From: the human T2T-CHM13v2.0 reference genome, Homo sapiens
Reading direction: 5' to 3' (one strand)
Length of the DNA: 64,000 nucleotides
Assembly (NCBI RefSeq): GCF_009914755.1
Contig: NC_060925.1
This document shows, piece by piece, positions 41,145 to 56,273 of the stretch. The first letter of the stretch is position 1. Every line of letters begins with the position of its first letter. The notes under the pieces were generated by a model. It worked only from the letters and a program-made list of their open reading frames with translations. It searched no databases and had not been told where the DNA came from. Made by a program: the position numbers and the translations under genes.

Positions 41145-42970
41145 GGTAGGGGTAAACAAGTACCCCAGTAGAAGTATGACTGAGGTTATAGGTATGTGTG
41201 TCAAGGAGGGGGCAGATTCTACAATCACAAAGGAAGAGGAATCAGTTTTTTCCTGGATAGACGCAGAAGAGGAAAAGTCTTTGTGGAAAAGGTGGTATTT
41301 GAACTGAGTCTTGAAAAATGAGTTTGTTTGCACAGGGTGGATTATAGGGTGGATGAGAGGCATGGAACCCGAACTGGTTATTGCTGATTGCCTTTATTTC
41401 CTCTCACTTCTAAATGTACACTGTTCATTGTGGCCATGTCCTGTCCTGCACGGTGTGGTTCTCAGCCCTGGACAGGAATGGAGTGGAGAGGTGAGGGCCT
41501 CTTCCTTGGGCTCTCCATCTCAGCCTGAAGACTCTGCTAGTCCTATATTCTTTAGATTTTTATTTGTTTATTTATTTATTTATTTACTTCTTACTAGCCA
41601 GTTCATCACAGCTTCAATTCCCTGTTACACTTCAAAATGCTTATGTTGAACTTTCCCTGCCTGCTGACTGTGTGATGTCTCTCTCCTGATGGCATCCAGA
41701 ATGACACAGAGCCTTCTCAACAGAGGAAGTAGCATGAACAAAGACAGGGAAGTGTGAAACAGCCTGGTGCGCTCCCAGGATTGCCAGCAACTTCAGGTGG
41801 ACTTGGGGAGGGTCCTCATCAAGACAAAAGACTGGAGAGGTCACAAAGGGCTTTGAATGTTATACCGAGAAGCTCAGCCTTCGCTCTGAAAGGAGCCACT
41901 AAAGGGTTTTAAGTGGGCTTGGTTAGAGATGTGTTTCAGATGGATCACTTGCTACTGTGTCTAGTATGGATGGAAGAGGCAAGGTGGGTGCCAGCTAGAG
42001 CTGCCATAGTTAGAGCCGTTCAGGCAACAAGCACAGGTACCTTGAGTTAGGGCAGAAGCAAATGTGCAAGGACAGAAGAGATGTGAGGGACAATAAGAGA
42101 GGTGAGGGCTGGATGAGAGATGGTTTCCAGGTGTCTAGCTTGGGGGACTGGTACAGAACACAGGGGATGTAGTATTTTAGCATGTGATAGGGGTAAGATG
42201 TGGGGAAAATGTGAGTTCAGTTTTGTACATGTTCAACTTTGGGTGCCTGTGGCAACTTCAGAGGGCCAGGAGGCAGCTAAATATGCAGGTTTGAAACCCA
42301 GGACAGTCTGGGCTGGAGAAATCCAAGGAGTCACAGCTTGAAGCCAGGGGAGTGGTGAGATAATGAGGCATAAGAAAAGAAGCGGAGACTAAGGAGGACC
42401 AACATTTAAGGAACAGGTGGAGGAACAGGGATGGGCCAGTGAAGGAAACCAAAAAGGAGTAGTCAGAGTGTCGGGAAAAACAAAACCAAACAGAAGAGCT
42501 GAGGGACTGGTCAATAGGGCCAGATGCAGCACAAAAATCAAGCTGCATCAGAACCGAAAACTGCCCGTTAGGTTTTCTTGCAACATGGTGGCCTAAGGAC
42601 TTGGGCTAAACTTCCTCCTGAAAACAACTTTAAATACTAGACTCTATCTATCTTTAAAATTAAATGCATCCATAAGCTAGCAAAAATGTAAGAAACACAC
42701 TGAGGCCAAAAAAGTAAATGAAAGCAAGAAGCTACAAAGGTAAGCAAAGCTCTGTCATTGGCTTTCATCTTGAGGGCAGTTGCCGAACCCAGAGAACCTG
42801 ATCATTGGTTTTCAAGGGGTCTCTGGGCTTATGAGAAAGACAAAGCCCAGGGCCCCCTCACCATGGGGAGTCTATTTAGAAACTTCTCCATAAGGCCAGG
42901 ACCTCAAAGGCCAGTGTATGCCTACACTGTGAAGGTGAATTAGAAAGAAACCTGCCCCTGTCTGACCTAA

Positions 42971-43370
<400 letters not shown>

Positions 43371-44426
43371 TCCCGCTGAGAATTCTTAACTGCAAGCAGG
43401 CAGTCGTCTGGTTTTGCAGACCAAATTCACATGATTTTGGTAGGCTGAAAAACTTCAAAGTGATCATTTAATTTGACATGAACATGGATTGGTAGTGGTT
43501 CCAGGTGACCAACAAAAGCTCCCTCTCCTCCTCTGCTGAGTTTTGGGATGTTCCCTCCTGAATCTGCAGACCTCTCCCAGGGTTGCCACAGGTTCTTGCC
43601 CCTATAGGTCTACACTTGTTCCTTAGAGAAGAAAGAGCCCTTCTGGCTCCCAAAGACTTATCTGCCACTTGGCTCTGAGCTATCCTGCACTAACATCCAA
43701 ATCTCCTGGAGATCACCTTTGGTCTGGCCTCCGGAAATGCCCCCAACTCTCCCCAGGGCCTACTTCAGTCCATCTGTCCTAAATAGTGTTTGCAAAGGAT
43801 GTTCAGGAGTCATTGCTGTGAGACTGGGCTTCTTTCTCTGCCAGATCCCTGGAACCTCCAGGGATGAGGAGGAGCCCTGGATGGGAAGCAGGAAGAAAAC
43901 ACATACTGACTAAGTTGTGGTCTCTGGGCTGAGCCCCCCACCCCTAAAACCCCCTTAACTAAAATGAGTTTCAGAAGAAGCTAAGGTCTCATTGCTAGAA
44001 AGAGGCATAAACAGGTTTTGAACTCAGGACTAAGTCCAGAATTTGTGCATTTAAACCCCACTCCCAACACCATCTCCCCTGCCCACCACCACCTCCACCA
44101 GTGAAACCGCCAGCCAGCACCAGGCCCAAGGTATTTCACACCCTAGGCACAGGCCTGGAATCAGTTACTTTATTTTGGCTTTCTATTTCCTCCTTCCAAA
44201 TGTCTCCTGCCTCTCTTTCTTCCTTCAATTTGTCTTTCATGTTGCAGATTTTTCTAAAATGCAAATGTAATCATCATTGCTCACTTGAAACCCCATCATG
44301 GTTTCATATTGCACTTAGGATAATGTCCAAACTCCTACAAGAATCTATTGCCACCAACTTGTCTTTCCAACCTCATCTCTGTTACTCATACCCTTCCCCT
44401 TCCCCACCCCACATATATTCTCTTAA

Positions 44427-44757
<331 letters not shown>

Positions 44758-45469
44758 TACTTGCTATTCTTTATTGATGAAGACTTGCTGAATGACTTAG
44801 AGTCCTACTGGATTTTGCTTACCAGCTAAATGGGCCCCTCTCCTTCCCAGGCTCTCTATTCTTCAAGCTCAGATCAAGTTTCTCTTCTCAGGGAAGCCTT
44901 CATGGACCTTCTCAGGCCTCAGCAGCTGCTGCCAATGCCAGCTTCCAATGCCAGCTTCCTCCATTTGAACAAAACTACGGAGCTCTTTGCACTTTTAGTT
45001 TTTTCCTCTTCCCTGCTAGGGTAGCTGGCAGGAGTTAATAAACAATAAAATACAACTGGAGGGGTGACAGGCAGGAACTACCGGGGCCTGTGGCAGACCA
45101 GATCTATGGCATGGTCTGCCACCCTGTCTGTGTGCCAGGGGCAAGATAAGCCTAACTTTCCCCAAGCTCGATTTCCTCATCTCATCTGAAAATGATGAAT
45201 AAAAATATCCACCTCAGAGCTATTAAGAAAACTGAACCTAAGGTAAGCAAAGTCCTGCTCCTAGCACTTAAATGTAAGCTACTCTTACTCTAGTTACACA
45301 TAAAGTTACTTCCAAAAACCTTACGAAATTCCCCGAGCACTGTCCATGGTATGTGGTTTCCCGGTTGCTTATTGGGTGGTCCCGAGAGCCTTCCTTTTTT
45401 CCTTCCTGAGGCGTGCCAAGTCCCCTCTCCTCTTCTCTGGGTGGTGCTGACGCCTTCTTCCCAGGCTGC

Positions 45470-46300
45470 ACCTTTGCTGGGCCGGAGGATGCCCCCGGCA
45501 GCGGAGCGCCAGAGTGACCAGGCAACCTCCCCAGCCTCCACCCTCTAGCCCGGGCTCCCACCTCCGTCCTCCGGCCCCTCGAGTCACGTCGTCCTACTAA
45601 GGAGTTGGGCCGCAGCGCCCCGCGCCGGTCTGACCCGGAATGCCTGCTCGCCGCGGTAGGCCGAGGACAGGCGGGGCTCTGCAGGTCCCCAACCCACGTG
45701 CTCCCGGCCTCCTCCGCAGGGCGCCGCCTTCCGGCTAGGCGCAACACGGACTACATTTCCCAGGGTGAACAGCGGCGGGGCCTAGACTCGGCCGCGGCCT
45801 GGGGCGGCGAGCCGCTCCACCGCCTGCTCAGGGGAGTGCGAGCTGGCGCGAGGACAGGGCTAAGGACCCGGAATGAGTTTCCGCGCAGTTCCGCTGGGCC
45901 GTGCCGGCCTGTACCGGGCCGTGCCGAGCCAGAACTGGCAGGAGTGGGGGCCTGAGTTGGAGGTGCCGGGGACAGGCGCTCGGGGCAGCCCGCGCCTTGC
46001 CGAGGTCCCTGCCCCGTCCCGGCCGGCCTGGCTTGTCTTGTCAGTCACTGGGGCGGAGGCAGCGGCTGTAGCGGGGCTGTAGCCGGGCGTTGAGCACAGC
46101 GCGGGCCAGGCCGAACGGAAGGGACCTGCCACAGCCCCTCAACTCCACGGACTCTTCGCCCTAGACTAGCGGAGCTGCATCTCCGCGCTTCGTTGGACGC
46201 CTCCGTAACCACGAAGGGCTCTCTCTCTCCCGTGACCCTCCAGCCCCATGACCTGTTCATAGCAGCCGAGAGCTCACCCAGGCGGGGGTGTTGTGGGTAC
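45470..46300 (+). promoter_or_regulatory. IPO13: IPO13 CpG-island promoter
   Basis: High CpG density; ETS site CTTCCGG at 45728; ZNF143/THAP11-type ACTACATTTCCCAG at 45750-45763; Inr-like TCAGTC at 46041. Confidence 0.88.
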
Positions 46301-46681
46301 AGGCCATCGACCCTGTGACCCCTCAAGAGCCAGGGACTCGGTTTCCCCCGCAGGCCTCCCTCCCCTGTGACTCCCTCCACACAGATTCTGGGGACAGAGC
46401 TGTTACCTGCCACTAGGATCCCCGCCTGAGAGCTCCTCACTGACGGCTCCCTCCTCGGAGTCCCCTTCATTGGGTCTCCTAAGAGCACCAATTTTGGTCT
46501 CTGGCAAGCCTCCCACCCCCAAACGAGGTGGGGAGGCCTCGGCAGCCATGCCCGCCCTGGGCCCCCCCTCACCCCACCACTCCCTGGGCACCCAAGCCGG
46601 GGTCTAGCAGGGGGCCAGCAGCCAAGGGGCTGGGGCAGGAGACAGATCAGGGCCCACCTCCCTGCCAGGGAGGGAGCAAAG

Positions 46682-46765
46682 ATGGAGCGGCGGGAGGAGC
46701 AGCCGGGGGCTGCAGGGGCTGGAGCAGCACCAGCCTTGGACTTCACTGTGGAGAACGTGGAGAAG
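46682..46765 (+). CDS. IPO13: Importin-13 coding exon 1 (MERREEQPGAAGAGAAPALDFTVENVEK)
   Basis: AAGATGG Kozak context; AAG|GTATGA donor. Confidence 0.95.
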
Positions 46766-48497
46766 GTATGAGGGCTCTGGGGTGGGCACTCCAGTGACAG
46801 AGCAGAAGTTCTGGGGACTGTCACTGATGGCAGAGCTCAGGCCTGGGCTGGGTGCCCGCTGGTATGGTGCCCCCAGAGCACCTGGCATTTGCTCTCTTTC
46901 TGGGCAGGCAGTATTGCAGTGCCCTAATGGGCTATTTTTGTCTTTCCTTACAGGCAGGTCCCCTGTGGATAGATACTCTAGGGTCTTGGGATGGTCCCTT
47001 CAGGGTGCTGTGACTTAGCCTTCCGTCCAGACTGGCTATGTTCCAGCTCCATGGGAACTGCATGAGCAGTGCAGTAGGAAACTGGGAACCCAGGAGACCT
47101 GCAGCTCAGTCTCCTGGAATTATACTGATGCCAAACCATCCTGGACCTGGTTTTGTTGAGCCAAGGGCTCAGAAAATAATCTGGAACTAAAACAATCTGG
47201 GTTGTTTTGACTCTTTGGAGAAGGGTCCTTCCTTTATTGGATGGAAGCCAGACCAGTCCTGAGCAGGCAGGCCTGGGGCTGTCTCCCTTTGTTTTGTGCT
47301 GAGTCCAAGGGTCCTGGCCCTGCTGGGAGCCTTACAGGGCTCCTCCCTACTCGCCTGCCCACATAGCTCCCTGCCATGGCCCTCCCAGGCTCCCCGACTG
47401 CCCAGCCCATCTTTCTGAACTGCCTCTTTGGTTCTTTTCTGTATCTGCTCCCTACAACTTGAAATGCAGGAATGCATGCACCCTGGGATGAATGGGGAGA
47501 TGGGGCTCCCTTACTTGAAAGCAGGGAATGATGTTCACTTGTTATCCTTAACCCCCGTTTGCCAAAACAAACAATGAGGATGCATCTCTTCTGCCTGCTT
47601 TGGCGTCCCTGAGGGGCCAAACAAGGGCCAATGGCCATAACTGGCTGTCAGGGGTACAAATAGAGCTAAGCTTACTTGGATGGAGCCTGCTTAGGGGTCA
47701 GGGTCCTGGCCATACTCTTCCGCCCCTTGGAGCAGGGCAGTGTTGGCATGGTGGCGCACTGTTCCATGTGCTATTGGGAGATAAATCTCACTGTTTTCTT
47801 ACTTCATAAAGTCCCGTTGGAATTGAGACCCTGGGGATTCTGCTAGTGGAGAGCACTAAGCTAGGTGTTTGCCAGGGCTGCAGCTATGGCCAAGGCTTCT
47901 CTGGATCAATTGGTTGGACATGTGCCCTCTGAGGAGTGTTCTCACCCTCTCCTCCAGCATGTCTGCCCCAGGGCTGCCTGGCAAAAGTCTTAGTCCTGCT
48001 CTGATTTCACACTGGCTTTGGTGCCAGCATCTGGACTGACCTAGGGATGATCCTGGGGGAGCTGAAAGGAGCTGTTGGAGTTGATGGGAGCAGCTGTGCC
48101 TGGGAGGGTCAAGTCCCCTCAAGCTGTTCCATGCCCTTCTCAGACTTAGCTTCATCCCTGTGAAGCTGTTCCTTCCACCTGGGCCTTGCCCTCAAGTGCC
48201 TCCCCTTTGGGGAGATCAGCCTCCTCTTTTTTGCTTTCCTGTGGAGATTCCCTCTCTGAACCCATAATGTTTTGCTGTAAGGAGAAGAGGATATGGTAGA
48301 GCATGGGCAAGGTTCAGGCTCTCAAGATATCAGCAGGACCCCAGGCCCAGGAAACACTGCAGAGCGCTGAGCTCTCCCTGCTCAGCCCCCCAGTCAGGGA
48401 GAGGGAGCAGCCTTGCAGGACCAAGTCACGCCTCTGTTCTGGGCTCTGGCAGGATCCAGAGTGGCCAGCACCTGCTCAGTCCTGTGCTGTCCTGCAG

Positions 48498-49234
48498 GCG
48501 CTGCACCAGCTCTACTATGATCCCAACATTGAGAATAAGAACCTGGCTCAGAAGTGGCTGATGCAGGCCCAGGTCTCCCCACAGGCCTGGCACTTCAGCT
48601 GGCAGCTACTGCAGCCCGACAAGGTACCAGAGATCCAGTACTTTGGGGCCAGTGCTCTTCACATCAAGATCTCTCGCTACTGGAGTGACATCCCCACTGA
48701 CCAGTATGAAAGCCTAAAGGCACAGCTCTTCACCCAGATCACCCGCTTTGCCAGTGGCTCCAAGATTGTACTGACTCGGCTGTGCGTGGCACTGGCCTCA
48801 CTGGCTCTCAGCATGATGCCTGATGCTTGGCCATGTGCTGTGGCAGATATGGTACGACTCTTCCAGGCTGAGGACTCACCAGTGGATGGGCAGGGCCGCT
48901 GCCTAGCCCTGTTAGAGCTGCTGACAGTGCTGCCTGAGGAGTTCCAGACCAGTCGCCTACCCCAGTACCGCAAAGGCCTGGTGCGGACCAGCCTGGCGGT
49001 GGAATGTGGGGCTGTCTTCCCGCTGCTGGAGCAGCTGCTACAGCAGCCCAGCTCACCCAGCTGTGTGCGTCAGAAGGTGCTCAAGTGTTTCTCCAGCTGG
49101 GTGCAGCTGGAGGTGCCGCTGCAGGACTGTGAGGCGCTCATTCAGGCTGCCTTTGCTGCTCTGCAGGACTCGGAGCTCTTCGACAGCAGTGTGGAGGCCA
49201 TTGTGAATGCCATCTCACAGCCTGATGCCCAGAG
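48498..49234 (+). CDS. IPO13: Importin-13 exon 2 (ALHQLYYDPNIENK...ISQPDAQ): importin-beta N-terminal/HEAT repeats
   Basis: ctgcag| acceptor and AG|GTGAG donor; 737 nt; lies within the 311-aa ORF. Confidence 0.97.
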
Positions 49235-51191
49235 GTGAGCTAGTACCCACTCACCCAGAAGACAACCTCTTTGGCCAGCCACACATCCATCCATCCATCT
49301 GTTCAATAAACATTAATTGAATGTGTACTGATACCTGGTCCTATGCTGGAGATACAGCAAGGAACCAAAGAAGACATGGTCCCTGTCCTCATGGTTCAGA
49401 CAGGGAGGCAGACATTAAACAACTAATTATCAGTTATTCAATTAAAATATTTGACTCTCTTTTCCTTCTCTCAACTAGTCACCAAGTCCTGGCTGTTCTC
49501 CTCCTGACCATATTGCAAATCTATTTTTTTCCATTTCCATTGCTACCACCTTAGTCCAAGCTGTCATCATCTCTCTCCCCAGATTACTGTAGAGCTTGTC
49601 CTCACTCTTGTACCCTTCATTGTCCCAGCAGCCACAGTGATCTTTTGAAAATGGGGATCTAATCTTTCTGATCAGAAGCTTTCAGTGGCTTCTCAATGCT
49701 CTTAGGTTAAAGCTCAGAATCCTTAATGTGACTCATAATGGTGCTGCACAGTATGGCATCACTGGCCTCATCTCATGCTACTCTCCTTGCTCTCTACACG
49801 CTCACACAGTTTCTTTAATTCCTTGAATGTCCCATGTTCCTTTCAGCCTCTGGCTCATTACATATACTTGACACCTTGCCTCAGCTTAAACTTCATTTCC
49901 ATAGGGAAGTCCTCCATGGATTCTTAAGGCTAAGTTTGATCTTCTCTCTTATATTACCTCAGAGCTCCCAGTATTTTTCCTTCTTAGCCCATAACATGAT
50001 TTCTCTCACCTCTGTGAGGACAGGGACTCTGTCATTTTACTTTGTCGCATTGTGCTCGGCACATGGTAGCATTTGATATTTTGTGAATGGAGGAAAGTAG
50101 GAGTTGCCTGAGTTGGGAGGGGTGGGGCTGGAAGGGATTGGGGGAGGAAGGTGGATTGTTCTAGGCTTTAGGAACCACAGCATGTGCAAAGACTTGTGGG
50201 CAGCATCATGATATATTCAAGGGCCCTAAAGAAGTGAGTGTAGTGAAGTGTTTGGCAAATGTTCATTGAGCATGTCCTGTTTTGGGCCCTGTGCTGAGCT
50301 CTGGGAGCACAGAGACAAATGCTTTAGCTTCAGTCTCAGGAGCTCACAGTCTAGTGGACACATGAGTGGCAAGTACAATCAACATGATGAATCCTCTGAT
50401 GGAGAACGCAGGGGCCTTGAAGAACCCAGAGGAGGCTTTCACTGAGTCTGAGGGCTGTGAAAGGATTCGCAGAGGAAGTGACAACCCAGCTGTGTAAGAG
50501 TTAGCCAGATGGAAGTGATGGATGGGGAGGACATTCCAGCCCAAGCAAGGGAAGGGTGAAAGCCCAGAGGGTCTGGTGATCTGTAAATCATTAGATGTGA
50601 TTAGACAGCAAGATTTAAGGGCCAGAGGTATAGGAGACCTGGGCCCAGATCATGCAGGACCTTGGCCAAGTTTAAGATTTTGATCTTCATCCTGAAGACG
50701 ATATAAAGATATTAAAGGATTATAAGCAGAGAAAATGGCCTACTGAGACTTTTGGTATGAGCTGGATTAGAAGAAGTGAGACTGGAGGTCCTGATGCTGA
50801 CATTTCAGAGATGGGGCTTTGGGACCTTTGGCAGAATTGGAAGGGAAAACCATTGAAAGAGACTTCATGGAAGAGTGGCTGATGACTCAAGCCTTGGCAT
50901 TAGTCACATCTAAGTTTGAATCCCAGATGGTTCACTTATTAGATCTGAAATCTTGGATCAGCCATTCCTAAGGCTCCGTTTCCTCATCAATAAAATGGGG
51001 ATGATCATATCAACCCCACAGAGTTGAAAAGGTTTAAATAGGATAATGTGCACAAGTCCTGCCCCTGGTGTTCGGTAGAGAATATTTTGACTCCTTGAGT
51101 AATGGGAGTTCTTTTGTGGTCTCTGCTAGGGTTGGGATGGTCAGTAGCATGCATTTGTACCTTTGGGTTATTGATACGTTACATGTTTTAA

Positions 51192-51587
<396 letters not shown>

Positions 51588-54426
51588 TAAATGGATTAAG
51601 GCTGTTTACTTTTAGTACTGGTCATAAGAAGTAGAACTGGAATCATGCAATAGAAAGTGGGCCTAGTTGTTCAGTGGCTAAATTTGAAAAGGAGTTGGTT
51701 TCCTATATATATATGTGTGTGTATACATACATATATTTATATGTATATGATACACACACACACATAGATAATGTGCTTAATCACTGCCTTTTGAAACTTT
51801 AAATAAAATATTGGGTTGATTTTAAAAAATAAAAGATTGTTTCGGTATGAGGATTAAATAAGAGAATGTGAAGCTTTTAGCATGGTTCCTATATACTCTG
51901 TAAACGGCAGTTGCCAGTATTTGGTTTCATTATTGTGTTGGGAGTTATTATGATACTTATCCCCTGGCTTCCCAGGCTTTCCAGCTTAAGGTGGATACCT
52001 AATCCCAGATCTCTTGGCAGCCTGAAGCTCAAGTGCTGGGTGGGCTCTGACAGTTGGTGACTAAGGGAAACAGATCAGGGCAAGTGTGTGGGTGATGTGA
52101 GGTGTCCTTGGATACACCCAAGTTTACCCGCCCAGCCAGTCTCAAGGGCTTTGGCAGGTAATTGATGCCCCTTCTCCTCTGAACGAATGAGCGAGCAAGG
52201 AGCCAGTGAGGTAACCCACAGCCTCCTTGGTGCCCATTGGCTGCAGCCCCTTGGTTGCTTAGCAACTCTCCCCATTTTCTCAGCTCTGCTCCTGAAGCAA
52301 AGCTCTAATTGCAGGTCTGGGCTGAGCTCCGTGTGAGCAGCAGCAGAGGAGTCCCAGCAGCCCTGCCTCGGCTACTTGAACTGACCGATTGGAGCCAGGC
52401 CTCTTGAACCCAGCCTCAGCTGTGGTCATAAAGACATCCTCCCTGTCTCCTTCCCCCAAACCTAGAAACCTCTGGGACCTCAGACTTGTTCTTCTGTCCA
52501 CTCACAGGTCGCAGACACAGGTGCTCAGGTGGTAGGAAATTTATGCAAGAACTTCTTCCCATGGGTGAGCTGCATCCAGCCCAGAATCCGAGCCTGGCCC
52601 TTGCTCTCCCCAGTCTAATTTCCCAGCTTTGGCTTGTGAAAGTCACCTTCAGTGACTTTGACTCCTGGGTCATCCAGGCACGCCTTCCCCAGGTGTCCTG
52701 ACATTGGCCCTCCCCTTGGCTGAGCTTGCACTCAAGTCACCCTTTTCCTGCCCCTCCACAGCTGCTGCTGCTTCCTGGCTCTCTCCTTTGAAATGTATTT
52801 TTTTTTCCTGAACTATGTTTTTAATGCTGGAAAAGCTTGTCCTTGGGAGTTGGGGATGGAGGGAAAGTGAATTAGGCAGGCTCTTGGGGGCTCCCATCAG
52901 TTAGGACTGGAGATATGGGCTGAGACGTACATAAATCCTTTGGGGAAATTCTGGTTGGGCCCTGAAAGAAAAGCAGACCTGTAGCAGTTTAAGGGGCAGT
53001 TTCAACCTGGATTCTGCTTCTAAGTTGTTGTATGACCTTGAGTGATATGATACTCTGAGCTCTTTGAGGCTGTATTATCCTTGATTTGTCCTATTTTGAG
53101 GCTCAGATGAGACAAATGAAGAACATTTGCCGAGTACCCTGCCATCTGCATGAACTTTGGCAGGTGGAGGAAGGAGTCTTAGAATACAGTGGGGAGCTAT
53201 GGGAGTAGAGCGCTACCTCCTGCACCCATCTCAGCTGCTGAGGAGCTTGTGGGCCATAGCCTTGGCCCTGCCCCTTCTCTTTGTGCCAGAGTCTGGCCTG
53301 AAAATGCCCATTGTCTGGTGGTGCAGCCCGTGTCAGGGTCAGGAGACTGAAGCTATCCCGGCTGTCTCCAGGCAGCACCCCCTGGGGCTGTCTCTGGGCT
53401 GGGGATATCCTGGCATGGGTGACTTTTCCTACCAGAATGGGGATGTGGAGAAGGAGGCCGATGTCCCTAGGCTGGTTGCCTCTTTTTGTCCTTCTCATCC
53501 TCCCACCAAGGATATGAGGCTACTGCCTAGCAACCTGCTTGGGGCAAGTCCAGATAGAACTCCCTCTGGGATCCTCAGTCCCCAACTCCCTAACATAGAT
53601 TGCTATGGTGACACTATGATTGACAACAGAGGGGTCCCAAGCATCTGATCCCCGCTGTTAGAGTGTGGCTTCCTCTGCTTAGTCTCATCTCCACAGACCA
53701 AGGTGCTGGAGAGGGATCCAGTGGGCTGAGCCAGGCTTCTCTCAGTCCCCTTTGTATACTGGGCTGTCTGTCCTTCTCCTTTAGAGATCATTGTGTTTCA
53801 GGGCTGTGATCTGGACCCTCTTATTTTTTTCTCATTCAACACTTTCTCCTTGGGCAATTCTCATCTATTCCCATAACTTCAATTACCAGCTGTTAGCTGA
53901 TGACTCTCAAATCTATGGCTTTTGCTCTAACCTCTATGCTGGGCTTCAGGCTTTTATATCCAACTCTTTCTAGATGCTTCTGCCTGCATAACCTATCAGG
54001 TGTCTCTGAATCAACTTGTCTAAGACTGAGCTTATCACCTTCCACCTCCCATTAAAGGTGTTACTGTTCCCCGCTACTCACCCCACAGGTCTCAGTAAAT
54101 AGCTCCACCGTCTACTTAGTTGTTTAGCCAGTGACCTGAGAGGTGTCTTTATTCTTCTCCTTCCTCATATCCAGTCAGTCATCAAGTCCTGTCTGTTTTG
54201 CCTCTTAGCTCTCTCTGAGTTCATTGTCTACTTCTCTTCCTCCCTGCTGCCACCACACTCCTCAAGAGTTGGGATTTGGTGGTAGAGGGTGGAGCGGATG
54301 GCAGGGATTGATGCTCTCATGAGCTGTTGCTGCCTTCCAAAGTCTTTTTTTTTTTTTTAAATCAGGGCTTATGAGCCTGTGTTTACTCTTCTGTATCCCA
54401 CTCTTGTTCAATCACCCCTGACAGAC

Positions 54427-55165
54427 TGTATTAGTTTCCTAGGGCTACCATAACATAGTACCACAAACTAGGTGGCTTTAAAGCCAAACAGAAATTAACT
54501 GTCTCACAATTGTGAAGGATAGAAGTCTGAAATCAAGGTGTTGGCAAGGCTGTGCTCCCTCTGAAACCTGTAGGAGACTCCGTCCTTGCCTCTTCCTAGC
54601 TCTGTGGTTTGCTGGCGGTCTTCAGTGTTCCCTGGCTTCCAGCTGGATCACTCCACTCTCTACTTTCATCCTCACGTGGCATTCTCCCTGTATGTCTCTG
54701 TCTTCACATAGATATCTTCTTATAAGGACACCAGTCATATTGGAGTTCAGGTCCATCCTACTCCAGTATAACCTCATCTGCAATTATCTTATTTCCAAAT
54801 AAGATCACATTTTGAGGTACTGGGGATTAAGATTTATCAAACAATGTATCTTTTTGTGGGGACTTAATTTGACCCATGACAGTCTGCCCTCTGGTGCCCC
54901 AAACTTCATGTTATCCCCACATGCAAAATATATTCACTTCATCTCAATCTCCCCAAAAGTTGTAACCTAGCTGGATGTGGTGGCTCCACCTGTAATCCCA
55001 GCTACTCTGGAGGCTGAGCAGGAGGCTGAGTCTCTTGAGCTCAGGAGTTCGAGACCAGCCTGGGTAACACAGCAAAACCCCATCTCAAAAAAAAAAAAAA
55101 AAAAAATCTTAACCCATTCCGGAATCAGCTCTCAGTCCAACTGGAGAACACAATTCAACCCATAA
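54427..55165. mobile_element. MLT1-type MaLR LTR plus internal fragment, with an Alu monomer (~54969-55106)
   Basis: tgtattagtttcctagggctaccataaca...aaatcaaggtgttggcaagg...ttataaggacaccagtcatattgga. Confidence 0.8.
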
Positions 55166-55398
55166 TGCTGACCTTCTCATACGTCCTTCTCAGAGTTCTT
55201 CTGGGGGTCCCTGATCTAAGGTTCTTCCCAACATTGGGAACATCAAATCTGCCATGTAGACCCTGACCCTTTTTTTGCTTAGGATTTGATAAGGGAAGGG
55301 GAGCTTTGATGGAAGACAAGGAGATTATGCCTTTCTCTTAAAGCCAGTGTGGGGTTGAGCAGAGAGCTCTGATGGATTTTCTCACCTCATGCCTCTAG

Positions 55399-55539
55399 GT
55401 ACGTGAACACACTCCTGAAACTCATCCCGCTGGTGCTGGGTCTGCAGGAACAACTGCGGCAGGCAGTGCAGAATGGGGACATGGAGACCTCCCATGGCAT
55501 CTGTCGCATCGCTGTGGCCCTGGGCGAGAACCACTCCCG
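55399..55539 (+). CDS. IPO13: Importin-13 exon 3 (YVNTLLKLIP...GENHS)
   Basis: AG/GT boundaries; frame continuous with exon 2. Confidence 0.94.
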
Positions 55540-55638
55540 GTAAAGGGTGGAGCAGCTTGGGGTGGGATAGTAGGGCCCTCTAAGAAATGGGGTTCTGGAA
55601 GTCCCTGGAAAGGTAGAATGACCTGACTCTCTCCCCAG

Positions 55639-55780
55639 GGCCTTGCTGGACCAAGTAGAGCACTGGCAGAGTTTCCTGGCACTCGTCAACATGATTATGT
55701 TCTGCACAGGCATCCCTGGCCACTATCCTGTCAATGAGACCACCAGCTCCCTAACCCTCACCTTCTGGTACACACTGCAG
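55639..55780 (+). CDS. IPO13: Importin-13 exon 4 (ALLDQVEHWQ...FWYTLQ)
   Basis: AG/GT boundaries; frame continuous. Confidence 0.94.
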
Positions 55781-55888
55781 GTGTGTCTGTGTGACCTCCA
55801 GTAGGACTGGGCTGTGGTGGAAGAAGGTGGATCATGGGCTTCTATGACTGCTGGTGAGGTGGCTAATTCTCTTCCCTGGCTCTCTCAG

Positions 55889-56055
55889 GATGATATTCTA
55901 TCCTTTGAGGCAGAGAAGCAGGCTGTATACCAGCAGGTGTACCGGCCAGTCTACTTCCAGCTGGTGGATGTGCTTCTGCACAAGGCCCAGTTCCCTTCTG
56001 ATGAGGAATATGGATTCTGGTCCTCAGACGAGAAGGAGCAGTTCCGAATTTACAG
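55889..56055 (+). CDS. IPO13: Importin-13 exon 5 (DDILSFEAEK...QFRIY)
   Basis: AG/GT boundaries; frame continuous. Confidence 0.94.
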
Positions 56056-56273
56056 GTGATGGTAGCAGGCCAACTCCTCTAAAATGGAGTCCAGAAATAA
56101 TGAAGGCAATGAGGGAAGGGGCCCAAGTCCAGGCTTTCTGAATTTTGGTGCTCCTTTCTGTTTTCTAGGTATTGTTGCAGAGTTGTGGGGGTACTGGGGT
56201 AGGCTCCTGGGCTTGGGGGCAGGATCCAGGGTCAGGATCCAGGCAGTATAAAAGGCCTTCATCTGCTTCTCAG

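Noticed and set aside
48303-48497. In-frame ATG-initiated 65-aa extension upstream of IPO13 exon 2
   Set aside because: Intronic read-back before a clear acceptor at 48497; no promoter evidence visible.
53157-53648. 163-aa ORF in IPO13 intron 2 with a hydrophobic stretch
   Set aside because: No recognisable family or exon structure; length is compatible with chance.
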